From contig JASFHL010000001.1 in NCBI GenBank assembly GCA_050123235.1, positions 84,651-148,650 of the forward strand: a DNA stretch of 64,000 bases, in the 5' to 3' direction. Below the pieces are notes generated by a model, which had not been told where the DNA came from, made no database searches, and saw only the letters and a program-made list of their open reading frames with translations. A program made the translations under genes and the position numbers. The DNA is from Candidatus Woesebacteria bacterium (GTDB taxonomy: Bacteria; Patescibacteriota; Microgenomatia; UBA1400; PJMF01). Below, one piece after another: positions 29,350-38,277 of this stretch (positions are counted from its first letter, which is position 1; every line of letters starts with the position of its first letter).

Positions 29350-29491
29350 AATACTAGAGTCGTTCACTACAGTATTTTTTTATTTTTTAAAATACGAGGC
29401 TCACTCGGTGAAGCTCGGTAGTAAATCTACTGCCAAATCGATCCTAGCCAGACCTCGCTTCAACGCTCCAATATTTATCTGTAGTAAAATT
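29350..29491 (-). repeat. Dispersed structured repeat, copy 2 (inverted)
   Basis: Reverse complement matches the copy 1 core; its own closing stem is AATATTGGAGCGTT / AACGACTCTAGTATT. Confidence 0.85.
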
Positions 29492-29563
29492 CTGGACACT
29501 TGCTCCAAGTTTCATATAAAAAAAGAGTTGATTATTGTTAACTGACTCTAGTATGCTAATAGC

Positions 29564-30001
29564 ATGACTGATGACCAACAAAATACCGCTACAGATCCTG
29601 GGGCTGCTAAGAGAAGTCCTTTAGATGCATTAGAAGATTTATTAAAAGATGCACAAAAAAACAAAGGTGCTGTTGGAGCAGCTCCTAGTTTAGCTGCATT
29701 AGGTGGAGCGACCCCCGATGCTGTTGGATTTGAAAAAGGTAGTGAAGAGGAGGAAACTGACAGCCGCTCAAGTGAAGAACAACTGGCAGAAGTTGCTAAA
29801 TTGGAAGAACAGAAAAAACAGGAAGATCAAGTTAGGATAGCAGAGGGGCTTAAAGATCTTCAATACGAAGCCACTCAATCTCCACAGGCTCAAGCTAGAA
29901 TTTCCCAGGATCAAGAAAAAAAAGTTAAGGATGAGCAAAAGGCTAGTGAAAGAGAAGAATATAAAATTAGACAAATCGAGCATACAAAAATTCAGGAATA
30001 A
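29564..30001 (+). CDS. Hypothetical protein (acidic, coiled)
   Basis: 145-aa ORF, leaderless-type start. Confidence 0.7.
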   Translation: MTDDQQNTATDPGAAKRSPLDALEDLLKDAQKNKGAVGAAPSLAALGGATPDAVGFEKGSEEEETDSRSSEEQLAEVAKLEEQKKQEDQVRIAEGLKDLQYEATQSPQAQARISQDQEKKVKDEQKASEREEYKIRQIEHTKIQE

Positions 30002-30004
30002 TTT

Positions 30005-30637
30005 ATGCCAGGAGCAGCTCCTAGACCATCAGGTGGCATGAAACCAGGAGGTTTTGGCCAATTCAATGAAGGCCATATGGAACAGAATGCCATGAAGCAA
30101 GTTATGGGCACTAAGGCTATGAGCCAACAAGCTGCCAGTAAAGTTGGTGCATCTGGTTTACAAACAGTGGGAGGCAAACAAGCAGCTGCCAAGCAAGCCA
30201 AAACTAGCCAAAAGCCCAGACCGATGAGTAGCCCTTTAGATCATCTTAAATATATGGGGCAAGATATTAAAACAGGCTTGAAAAGTTTAGTAGATATTCC
30301 TGACATTTTGGGAATCAAACCAGACGAAGATCCTAATCTTACAGAAAGAAAACGAAAAATGCATGCTAATTTTCAAAGCATGACTGATGATGAAAAACAA
30401 ATAGTTCAACAGAAATATCAAGAAAAAATACAAAGAGAAAAACAAGAAGAAGAAGACAAGAGGATGAAGAAACAGATGGAAGAACAGAAAAAAGCTCAAT
30501 CAATTCAGATGCCTACTAGCCCCAGTAAAGGTCCGATTGGTCCGGGAGGAAAAAAGAAAAAGAGTGGTAAAGATATGGCTATGCAGAGACTACAGCAAAG
30601 CCGGACAACTATTAGCACAGTACAAGGAGCTAATTAA
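30005..30637 (+). CDS. Hypothetical protein (Q/K/M-rich, low complexity)
   Basis: 210-aa ORF starting 3 nt after the previous stop. Confidence 0.7.
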   Translation: MPGAAPRPSGGMKPGGFGQFNEGHMEQNAMKQVMGTKAMSQQAASKVGASGLQTVGGKQAAAKQAKTSQKPRPMSSPLDHLKYMGQDIKTGLKSLVDIPDILGIKPDEDPNLTERKRKMHANFQSMTDDEKQIVQQKYQEKIQREKQEEEDKRMKKQMEEQKKAQSIQMPTSPSKGPIGPGGKKKKSGKDMAMQRLQQSRTTISTVQGAN

Positions 30638-30720
30638 TCTCTAAATAGAGCTATTATTTAGTCATAGTTACTAATAATTCTCTTAACAAATCTGTTACAA
30701 TAGCCTCTAATAAAGAGCAA

Positions 30721-32337
30721 ATGAAACTTTACAACACTCTCACTCGTAGAATCCAGAAAGTCAAGGCAGCGTGCCCTCCTCGAATGCGGGTTTATGCTTG
30801 CGGTCCCACGGTTTATGATTATGCCCATCTTGGCCATTTGCGCAAATACACTATGGATGATGTTTTAATCAGGACTCTTAAGCATGCTGGATATAAAGTC
30901 AAGCATGTACAAAATATTACTGATGTAGGACATTTGGAATCTGATGCTGATACTGGTCAAGATAAACTAGAAAAAGGAGCAAAGAAATACAAGCAAACAG
31001 TTTGGGAATTAGCAAAAAAGTTTGAGAAATCTTTCTTCAAATCAATGGATTTGATGGGTAATTTACGCCCAGATTTTAGCTGTCGAGCTACTGATCATAT
31101 CCCAGAACAGATTTTTTTAGTAAAAAAATTGGAGGAAAAAGGTTTTACTTATATTATCAAGGGGGATGGTGTCTATTTTGATACTAGTAAATTTAAAGAT
31201 TATGGCAAATTAGCTCGCCTCGATCCTAAGAAAGTCAAGGAAGGTGCTAGAGTAGCTAAAGTTAAGGGTAAGAAAAATCCCACGGATTTTGCTTTATGGA
31301 AGTTTGAACGACCTGGAGAAAATAGAGCCATGGTTTGGGAAAGTCCCTGGAATAAACGGGGTTTTCCTGGTTGGCATATTGAATGTAGTGCCATGAGCAT
31401 GAAATATCTAGGCACCAAGTTTGAAATCCACACGGGTGGGATTGACCATATTCCTATTCATCACACTAATGAAATTGCTCAATCAGAAGCAGCCACAGGT
31501 AAAACCCCCTTTGTTAAATATTGGGTACATCATAACTTTCTTTTAGTAGATGGTGAAAAAATGAGTAAATCTTTGGGAAATTTTTATACCATTGATGATA
31601 TTTTGAAAAAAGGTTTTTCTCCTCAAGCATTGAGACTATTATTTTTAGGAACGCACTATCGAAGTGAACAGAATTTCACTTGGGACAGTCTCAAAGCTGC
31701 TGAAAAAAGTTGGCAGCGTCTGAAGACAAAGGTGCTTGAACTAAAAAAAGGAGATGCCACTAAAGAATTGGCAAAACCGGTAAGTAGTGGTGGTGAAGAG
31801 GAATTTTTCTATCCTTGCATGGCTTGTCCTAAGTTTGCTCATTGTGGAAAAGTCCAAGGTAGCAGTGACATTGGTTCAACTACTGCTCAGAGGGGGAAAT
31901 CAGATCCTAGAGTTAATTCTGAGCCGGCCGCTTCTGCCAAAAAATTACAAAAATATAAGCAAGAATTCTTTACTTTGATGCAAGATGATTTAAAAACTCC
32001 TGAAGCAGTGGCAGCAATGTGGGAACTACTTAAGTCTGAAGAATTGCCTAGTAATGATAAATATAATTTATTGCTTGAATTTGATCAAGTTTTGGGTTTG
32101 GGTTTAGCAAATATTGAAGCAGAAGGCAGTGATCAAAAGGACTTGGCCGAAAAAGACATCCCAGCTAAAATTAAAAAATTAATTAAACAAAGAGAAACTG
32201 CTAGAAAGAAAAAAGATTGGCAGAGAGCAGATGAGTTGAGAGCTGAAATTGAGAGAGAAGGCTATGAGTTGCTAGATAAGGCTGGAGGGGACTATAAACT
32301 AATTAGAGGGGAGAGTTCAGATCATAAACCTTGGTAG
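30721..32337 (+). CDS. cysS: Cysteine--tRNA ligase with a Cys-containing insertion
   Basis: CGPTVYDYAHLGH, PGWHIECSAM, HHTNE, KMSKS motifs. Confidence 0.97.
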   Translation: MKLYNTLTRRIQKVKAACPPRMRVYACGPTVYDYAHLGHLRKYTMDDVLIRTLKHAGYKVKHVQNITDVGHLESDADTGQDKLEKGAKKYKQTVWELAKKFEKSFFKSMDLMGNLRPDFSCRATDHIPEQIFLVKKLEEKGFTYIIKGDGVYFDTSKFKDYGKLARLDPKKVKEGARVAKVKGKKNPTDFALWKFERPGENRAMVWESPWNKRGFPGWHIECSAMSMKYLGTKFEIHTGGIDHIPIHHTNEIAQSEAATGKTPFVKYWVHHNFLLVDGEKMSKSLGNFYTIDDILKKGFSPQALRLLFLGTHYRSEQNFTWDSLKAAEKSWQRLKTKVLELKKGDATKELAKPVSSGGEEEFFYPCMACPKFAHCGKVQGSSDIGSTTAQRGKSDPRVNSEPAASAKKLQKYKQEFFTLMQDDLKTPEAVAAMWELLKSEELPSNDKYNLLLEFDQVLGLGLANIEAEGSDQKDLAEKDIPAKIKKLIKQRETARKKKDWQRADELRAEIEREGYELLDKAGGDYKLIRGESSDHKPW

Positions 32338-32379
32338 CTAGATTTTTAAAAGGTTAATTATTTTTTATTAGTTAATCTC

Positions 32380-33063
32380 CTAAATAATTCCTGCCTCCCT
32401 AAACGAAAAATAATTTTTTTCAGTAACAATTAAATGATCTAGAAAGCTAATACCTAGCAACTCGGCGGCTTTGCTTAATCTTTTAGTGACCAGTAAATCA
32501 TCTTCACTCGGGCTGCAATCACCAGAAGGGTGGTTGTGGGCCAAAACCACATAAGCACTAGGTAAAGTGATAGCAGGTAAAAATACATCCCTTGCTTCTA
32601 GCAAATTGTAATTTAGTCCACCTACTGCTACGGTTTGTTTATGAATTAGTTCCTGACGTGCATTGATATACAAAGCAAGAGCGTGTTCTTGCTTCTTATT
32701 TTTAATTTCTCCTAATAATTGAAAGATTTTAGTGGGGCTATTTACTCTTGATAACACTGATCCTTGAGAAATTCTTTTTCCTAACTCAACACTGGCTAAT
32801 ATTTTGGATGCCAATGCCGGGCCAATACCGTGGATACTAGTTAGTTTTTTCATATTCAACTGAGAAAAAAATCTCAAAGGAAATTTTTTAATTAGCTTTT
32901 TAGCTAGGCCGATTACAGAATATTTTTTATTACCAGTGCTTAAAATAATGGCCAAGAGTTCGATATCAGTTAGATTAGCTACTCCTAAATTTTTTAATCT
33001 TTCCCTGGGCCTCTTAAATTCAGGCAAACTTTTTATAAAGTTTTTATTTAGACCCTTAGTCAT
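32380..33063 (-). CDS. radC: RadC family JAB domain protein
   Basis: RPRERL, HhH GIGPA, AHNHPSGDCSPSEDD, LDHLIV. Confidence 0.95.
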   Translation of the reverse strand: MTKGLNKNFIKSLPEFKRPRERLKNLGVANLTDIELLAIILSTGNKKYSVIGLAKKLIKKFPLRFFSQLNMKKLTSIHGIGPALASKILASVELGKRISQGSVLSRVNSPTKIFQLLGEIKNKKQEHALALYINARQELIHKQTVAVGGLNYNLLEARDVFLPAITLPSAYVVLAHNHPSGDCSPSEDDLLVTKRLSKAAELLGISFLDHLIVTEKNYFSFREAGII

Positions 33064-33091
33064 GATTCTAGTATAATGAACTAGTATTACA

Positions 33092-33472
33092 TTAAGGTTT
33101 CATGAGCTTATCTAAAGAGATAAGCATTTCCTTAGGGGAGAAAAGTGAATGGGCAATAACGATTTTTTTGCCCCAAGTAGTGCCAGGAATTTTAGAAATT
33201 GGTTTTTTTAAATCAATTACGAATATTAGAGGAATAAGTTTGATAGTACAAGTATTTTTAAGTAGTTCTAAAAAGTTAACCAATTTAGAAATTGAAAAAC
33301 TAGTACTCAGAAGAACTAAATCAGGTAGTGTTTGTTTTAATTCTAGACTAGCTCTTTGCAGGGTAGTAAATCTGATTAAATTAAACTTATAATTAGCTAA
33401 ATAACGATAAGGAATTTCAAGTTCTGCTCTGGGTTCAATAATTAAGGCAGTATATTTGCGTTTTTTATACAT
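33092..33472 (-). CDS. Receiver-domain-like protein lacking the phospho-Asp (pseudoreceiver)
   Basis: ALIIE..., PDLVLLS (Ser where Asp is expected), IPLIFV. Confidence 0.6.
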   Translation of the reverse strand: MYKKRKYTALIIEPRAELEIPYRYLANYKFNLIRFTTLQRASLELKQTLPDLVLLSTSFSISKLVNFLELLKNTCTIKLIPLIFVIDLKKPISKIPGTTWGKKIVIAHSLFSPKEMLISLDKLMKP

Positions 33473-33505
33473 TAAAATAGAAGATAGGACAGTTTTTAAA
33501 ATTAA

Positions 33506-33540
33506 TAGAATATAATCTATGTTCTATAGATTTAATTCTA
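33506..33540. promoter_or_regulatory. Imperfect palindrome in the divergent promoter region, candidate XRE operator
   Basis: TAGAATATAATCTAT-GTTCT-ATAGATTTAATTCTA between divergent genes. Confidence 0.5.
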
Positions 33541-33557
33541 CTCAGAATAGATAAAGT

Positions 33558-33872
33558 ATGTCAAATATTAAAAAAATATTAACTTTAGCTAAAAAAATAA
33601 AACAAGCCAGAAAAGATAGTGCTTTATCTCAAAAAGAATTGGCTAAAGCTCTAAAATTATCAGATAAAGCAATTAGTGCTTATGAGGTGGGTAGATCTTC
33701 ACCCAGCTTAAAAACTTTAAAAAGTATTAGTAAAATTACAGATAAACCTATTAGTTATTTTTTGGATGACAAAGAAGCCGAAGAACTTGATTTAGAGATC
33801 AAAATTAGAACAATAGAAAAAGAACTTAGCGAAATTAAAAAAATTTTGCAAAAAAGCCGAAAAAATGCTTAA
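33558..33872 (+). CDS. XRE-family HTH transcriptional regulator
   Basis: IKQARKDSALSQKELAKAL..SDKAISAYEVGRSSPS; C-terminal coiled coil. Confidence 0.92.
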   Translation: MSNIKKILTLAKKIKQARKDSALSQKELAKALKLSDKAISAYEVGRSSPSLKTLKSISKITDKPISYFLDDKEAEELDLEIKIRTIEKELSEIKKILQKSRKNA

Positions 33873-34380
33873 AATTCGTCTCCTTAATGGTCAAGATGCT
33901 TTATTTTATCGAGATTTGCGACTCAAAGCTTTACAAACTGATCCCAAAAGTTTTTTATCTACTTATCAAGCTGAGAAAAATAATTTAGATTCTTTTTTTG
34001 CCAGAGAGTTAGACTTAGCCATTTTTCCTCCAGTTTTTGCTTATTGGGGCGTATTTGAAAACAAGCAACTGATTGCTTATGTTCAACTAGCAAAATCATA
34101 TCTGGCAAAACAAGCTCATCTCGCTTTCATTTATAACCTTTATCTTGATCCAGCTTTTAGAAAACAAGGTATTGCCAGCCGCTTGTTAAAAGAAGTTTTA
34201 GCTAAATTAAGAACAGAAACTAAAGTTGAGAGAGTTTTTTTATCATGTAATGCCAATAATCACAATGCCTTGCAGTTTTACAAAAAATTCGCTTTCAAAA
34301 CCTGTGGAGTAAAAGAAAAGAGTATTAAATGGCAAGGGGAGTATGATGACCAGGTGGAAATGGTTTTAGAGCTGGTGTAG
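33865..34380 (+). CDS. GNAT family N-acetyltransferase
   Basis: LYLDPAFRKQGIA acetyl-CoA motif, NHNALQFYKKFAF. Confidence 0.92.
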   Translation: MLKIRLLNGQDALFYRDLRLKALQTDPKSFLSTYQAEKNNLDSFFARELDLAIFPPVFAYWGVFENKQLIAYVQLAKSYLAKQAHLAFIYNLYLDPAFRKQGIASRLLKEVLAKLRTETKVERVFLSCNANNHNALQFYKKFAFKTCGVKEKSIKWQGEYDDQVEMVLELV

Positions 34381-34434
34381 AGTAAAGTAAGATTCATTTT
34401 GTGATTAAGCTTATTAATTTGAATTAAGGTTTGA

Positions 34435-35589
34435 ATGATATCAGAAACATTTCAGCTGAGTTCAGAAGCTGAGAGAAAACAAGAATTAAATGAAGTTTTT
34501 TCTTTTTGGGCTACTAAAAATGGTTTTAATGTAGTAGCTGGAACAAGTATAGATTCAGAAGGTAGACATATAGAAACAGGCATGATGTTCAATGCTAGCT
34601 TAAATGCGTATGAAATAGCTCCGCCTGCAAGCTGTGTTTGGGATGTTTCACCGGAGACTACTAAGCAGGGAATATTGTTGAGAGAAGGCATATTGGAAGA
34701 GAGTCTTAAGAGTATGAAAGCTCAGGCATATTCATCGGGTGAATTCCGAGAAACTGGAGGCACGGCAATAGGTCTTAGATGTGTTAATGGAGATTTTAGT
34801 TACGCTGTTGCTTTTACTTATCTACCACTTCCTATTGATAGCGGTTTGGATATAAATAGAAATTCAGCAGCCATCACTTTTACTCCTACAGGATGGTCTA
34901 GCATGTGTAGAGCAATGGATCGGCTGCAAATGCAGCATGATCTTTCTAATATTAGATTAGGGCTACCGTTATGGATACATTGTCATCCTGGAGTAGCTTT
35001 TGAATCTGATATGGATAGATCTGTCCATAGAACAAATGTTAGTGGTTGGTATGGCTTAGTAGTTGGCAATGATTTATTAAATCATTCTGGGTCCATAGAT
35101 ATTGAATTAATAAGAAAGAGCATTTCACAGGGTGAAAATAGACAGCTTGCAACTATTACAGATAATGGTACAAGGGCTTCTGTTGGCTTAGGAAATCAAG
35201 TGGGAGTGCCAGAACATTTTTTGGGGCTAGATTCTTTGCAAGCATATGAGTTTCCTCTAGCAACTGATCCAATATTATTTGCAGAAGATTTTGAACAAGG
35301 AGAAGAAGAGCCAGCTCCTCAGCTTGAAAGTAAAGGTCAAGTTTTAAAACTCGCTGATCCAGATAAAAGTGAAGTCATTCATATATCATTGCTCTTTGAT
35401 GAAGATCAAACTCCAAAACCTGGTGATGCAGCCGGGGATGATTTGATTGATCAAATAAGAATTATTTCAGGTCCTAAATTAGTAATGAAGCTGACTGACG
35501 AAGTTGATATCACTATCACCATAGAAGATGTGACGCCAAGTAATTTAGAAAAGATTTTAGATAAAGCGCGAAGAATGCTGGGGTTTTAA
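34435..35589 (+). CDS. Orphan protein with a putative JAB/MPN+ (JAMM) metalloprotease domain
   Basis: RETGGTAIG and WIHCHPGVAFESDMD motifs, followed by GLVV. Confidence 0.6.
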   Translation: MISETFQLSSEAERKQELNEVFSFWATKNGFNVVAGTSIDSEGRHIETGMMFNASLNAYEIAPPASCVWDVSPETTKQGILLREGILEESLKSMKAQAYSSGEFRETGGTAIGLRCVNGDFSYAVAFTYLPLPIDSGLDINRNSAAITFTPTGWSSMCRAMDRLQMQHDLSNIRLGLPLWIHCHPGVAFESDMDRSVHRTNVSGWYGLVVGNDLLNHSGSIDIELIRKSISQGENRQLATITDNGTRASVGLGNQVGVPEHFLGLDSLQAYEFPLATDPILFAEDFEQGEEEPAPQLESKGQVLKLADPDKSEVIHISLLFDEDQTPKPGDAAGDDLIDQIRIISGPKLVMKLTDEVDITITIEDVTPSNLEKILDKARRMLGF

Positions 35590-35615
35590 ATTATTTATTA
35601 GATGCCTATTAGAGT

Positions 35616-36734
35616 TTATTTTTTTTTAATCACCTTCTCCCTCAACATCCTAATCAAGCGACTATAAAAATGCAAATTGTGCATAGTAGCTAGATGCCAA
35701 CCCAAACCATCTTGGATTTTAAAAAGGTGATGAAGATATGCTTTAGAGTATTGGCAGGCGGGACAATCACAGAAGTCACTGATGGGGCTGAAATCTTGGG
35801 CGTATTTTCCGCGATTAATATAAAGATATTGGTAAAAATGCTCATCATTATTGATATTGATTTTTTTCGGATTTTCGCTAAAACTATAAAGACGGCCATG
35901 ACGAGCATCTCTAGTTGGCAAGACACAATCAAAAATATGATAGCCCATGCTGACTAATCTTCGGATGTTTTCAGGGCTACCCACCCCAAGTGCAAAACGA
36001 GGTAGATCATCCGGACTTAGCTTGGCATTCAATTCACAAGTTTCATAATCAAAGTTGCCTGCTTCATCAAAAGGCCAACCACCAAGCCCATAGCCATCAA
36101 AACCAATTTGTAAAAGTTTTTGAGCACAGTATTTACGCAAAGCTTGATCTCTGTAGCCTTGGATCACTGCAAATAATAGTGGCCTATTTTTATCACTTAG
36201 CTTGCGTTTTTTAATTTGTTTTTCAAACTCAGCCTTACTTCTCTTAGCCCACTCAATGGTGCGACCCACACTAGCTTTGAGTCTTTTTTTATCAGCTTCG
36301 GGTGGGGTAAAGTCGTCCAGGCAGATCATAATATCGCTATCAATTGCAAATTGGACTTGGATTGATTTCTCTGCAGTGAAAAGTTCTTTTTTTCGTTGTT
36401 TTGTACCAGAGTAAATAATGACGCCTTTGTCAGTAACTTTGCCAAGTTTTGGGTTTTTGTTAATGAGTGAAAAAAGCTGAAAGCCACCCGAATCAGAAGC
36501 AGTTAGGCCTGACCAGTTCATAAAGTTTTTGATACCTTTGGCTTTTTCCAGCACATCATAACCTGGATTTTGTCTCAGGTGATAAGTATTAATGACTACA
36601 CCTTCAATGCCAGCTTGAACTAGATCAAAGCTACTAAGATTGCGCACCACGCCCAAAGTGGCATCAGGTAAGTAAATAGGGAATTGATAAGTTTTATTTT
36701 TAATAGTGATGCCTGGTAGATAAAAATTTTTCAT
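35616..36734 (-). CDS. tgt: tRNA-guanine transglycosylase
   Basis: NTYHL, DSGGFQ, FDCVLPTRDARHG, CDCPAC...H Zn site; start set to second ATG after TGtTACAAT. Confidence 0.93.
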   Translation of the reverse strand: MKNFYLPGITIKNKTYQFPIYLPDATLGVVRNLSSFDLVQAGIEGVVINTYHLRQNPGYDVLEKAKGIKNFMNWSGLTASDSGGFQLFSLINKNPKLGKVTDKGVIIYSGTKQRKKELFTAEKSIQVQFAIDSDIMICLDDFTPPEADKKRLKASVGRTIEWAKRSKAEFEKQIKKRKLSDKNRPLLFAVIQGYRDQALRKYCAQKLLQIGFDGYGLGGWPFDEAGNFDYETCELNAKLSPDDLPRFALGVGSPENIRRLVSMGYHIFDCVLPTRDARHGRLYSFSENPKKININNDEHFYQYLYINRGKYAQDFSPISDFCDCPACQYSKAYLHHLFKIQDGLGWHLATMHNLHFYSRLIRMLREKVIKKK

Positions 36735-36824
36735 TTGCATGATTGTAACATTAAATATTTAACACTTGGAGATTTCCATCTTAAAAAGATAGTAACTGAT
36801 TAAAATATTACAAACCTTACAAAA

Positions 36825-36853
36825 TTGACAAATCTTAATTTTTGTGTTAATAT
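36825..36853 (+). promoter_or_regulatory. Sigma70 promoter of the TA operon, overlapped by an inverted repeat (probable operator)
   Basis: TTGACA-17 nt-TAATAT; ACAAAATTGA / TTAATTTTTGT inverted repeat over the -35 box. Confidence 0.7.
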
Positions 36854-36862
36854 AAAAATATT

Positions 36863-37135
36863 ATGTATCAAACTGTAAGCATTCAACAAACTAGAGACAA
36901 TTTAGCTGAAATAATCAACAAAGTAGCTATTGCTGGAGAAAGATTTGTGGTGACTAAATTTGGCAAAGTGAAAGCGATGATTGTGCCCATTACTGAACAA
37001 AAGCCCATTTCTGACAAAAAAAGAAAGGCTATCTTAGATGAAGTAACTGGTATTTGGCAGAATAGAAAAGATATGAAAGACAGTGATAAATGGTTATCTA
37101 ATCTCAGAAGACCAAGATATGAAATATCTAGTTGA
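36863..37135 (+). CDS. Phd/YefM family antitoxin
   Basis: VSIQQTRDNLAEIINKV...ERFVVTKFGKVKAMIVP. Confidence 0.9.
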   Translation: MYQTVSIQQTRDNLAEIINKVAIAGERFVVTKFGKVKAMIVPITEQKPISDKKRKAILDEVTGIWQNRKDMKDSDKWLSNLRRPRYEISS

Positions 37136-37490
37136 TACTAGTCTGTTAATTAATCTTTTACGCTCCTCAAAAAAGGAAATTGTTTTTTTTGAAAGAGAAA
37201 AAGATCTTTATTTATCATATGTTGTAGTTGGTGAGTTACTACAAGGTGTACGTAATAAAAAAGAGTTAAGGAAAATAAAAAAATTGACAAAGCTATTTAC
37301 TATTCTCTGGGGTTCAACAAGCCTAGAAAAAAGAGCATTAAAATTAATTGAAAGACACTTTTTAACTCATGGTATTGGTTTTTTCGATGCTTTAATTGCT
37401 GCTACTGCCCTGGAATATAATTTAACTTTAATTACTCATAACAAAAAGCATTTTCGATTTATCAAAGGTTTGCAACTTGCTGCAGTATAA
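37119..37490 (+). CDS. VapC/PIN domain toxin
   Basis: YLVDTS, GELLQG, FDALIAATA, THNKKHF; overlaps the antitoxin. Confidence 0.92.
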   Translation: MKYLVDTSLLINLLRSSKKEIVFFEREKDLYLSYVVVGELLQGVRNKKELRKIKKLTKLFTILWGSTSLEKRALKLIERHFLTHGIGFFDALIAATALEYNLTLITHNKKHFRFIKGLQLAAV

Positions 37491-37565
37491 TAACTCTAAT
37501 TCAGAAATAGCCTCTTGGTTGATTCCAATGTAATCTATTGCAGGGATTGCATTAATCAAAAGTTT

Positions 37566-38150
37566 ATGAAAATTATTCGCCCGCCAATTAAACAAAAAAT
37601 GCCTGCTAGTGCAGAGCGAGTTTTTAAAGGCGTTATTTATGATGTCTATCACTGGCAGCAAAAACTATATGATGGAAAATTTAAAACTTTTGAAAAACTA
37701 AAAAAAGCTCACGATGGTGTTAATATTATTCCAGTTACTCAAGATAAAAAAATTATTGTTACTTATCAAGAACAACCAGGATATAAAGCATTTTATGGTT
37801 TGCCTGGTGGGGTGATCGACCCTGGTGAAGCTCCTTTAGCAGCTGCTGAGAGAGAGTTATTAGAAGAAACTGGTCATCAGGCACAGAGGTTTTTACTTTG
37901 GGATGCTATTCAGCCTTATAGTAAAATTGATTGGGCGGTTTACACTTTTATTGCTAAGGGCTGTGAACGGGTGGCAGATTTAAATTTAGATGGTGGAGAA
38001 AAGATAGAGTTGAAGTTTTTTGCTTTTGAGCAGTTTTTAAAGTTAATGGGAGATAAGAGTTTTAGAGATAGTGAAGTGGCTTTAAAAATTTTACGGATGA
38101 GAGATGATGAGGAGGCGATGAAGAAGTTGAAGAAAATTTTTTTAGAGTAA
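37566..38150 (+). CDS. NUDIX hydrolase (ADP-ribose pyrophosphatase-like)
   Basis: GGVIDPGEAPLAAAERELLEETG Nudix box; LDGGEKI. Confidence 0.92.
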   Translation: MKIIRPPIKQKMPASAERVFKGVIYDVYHWQQKLYDGKFKTFEKLKKAHDGVNIIPVTQDKKIIVTYQEQPGYKAFYGLPGGVIDPGEAPLAAAERELLEETGHQAQRFLLWDAIQPYSKIDWAVYTFIAKGCERVADLNLDGGEKIELKFFAFEQFLKLMGDKSFRDSEVALKILRMRDDEEAMKKLKKIFLE

Positions 38151-38277
38151 AATAAAAACTATTTGATAGAAACAAGACCTGAAAGATCGATGGTAGTTAT
38201 CCACTCCTTTTTGAGCTGGGCACAGACTGTGGCAGATGATTCGAAAACATAAATTGACTTGTCCATCAGATTTTAAG

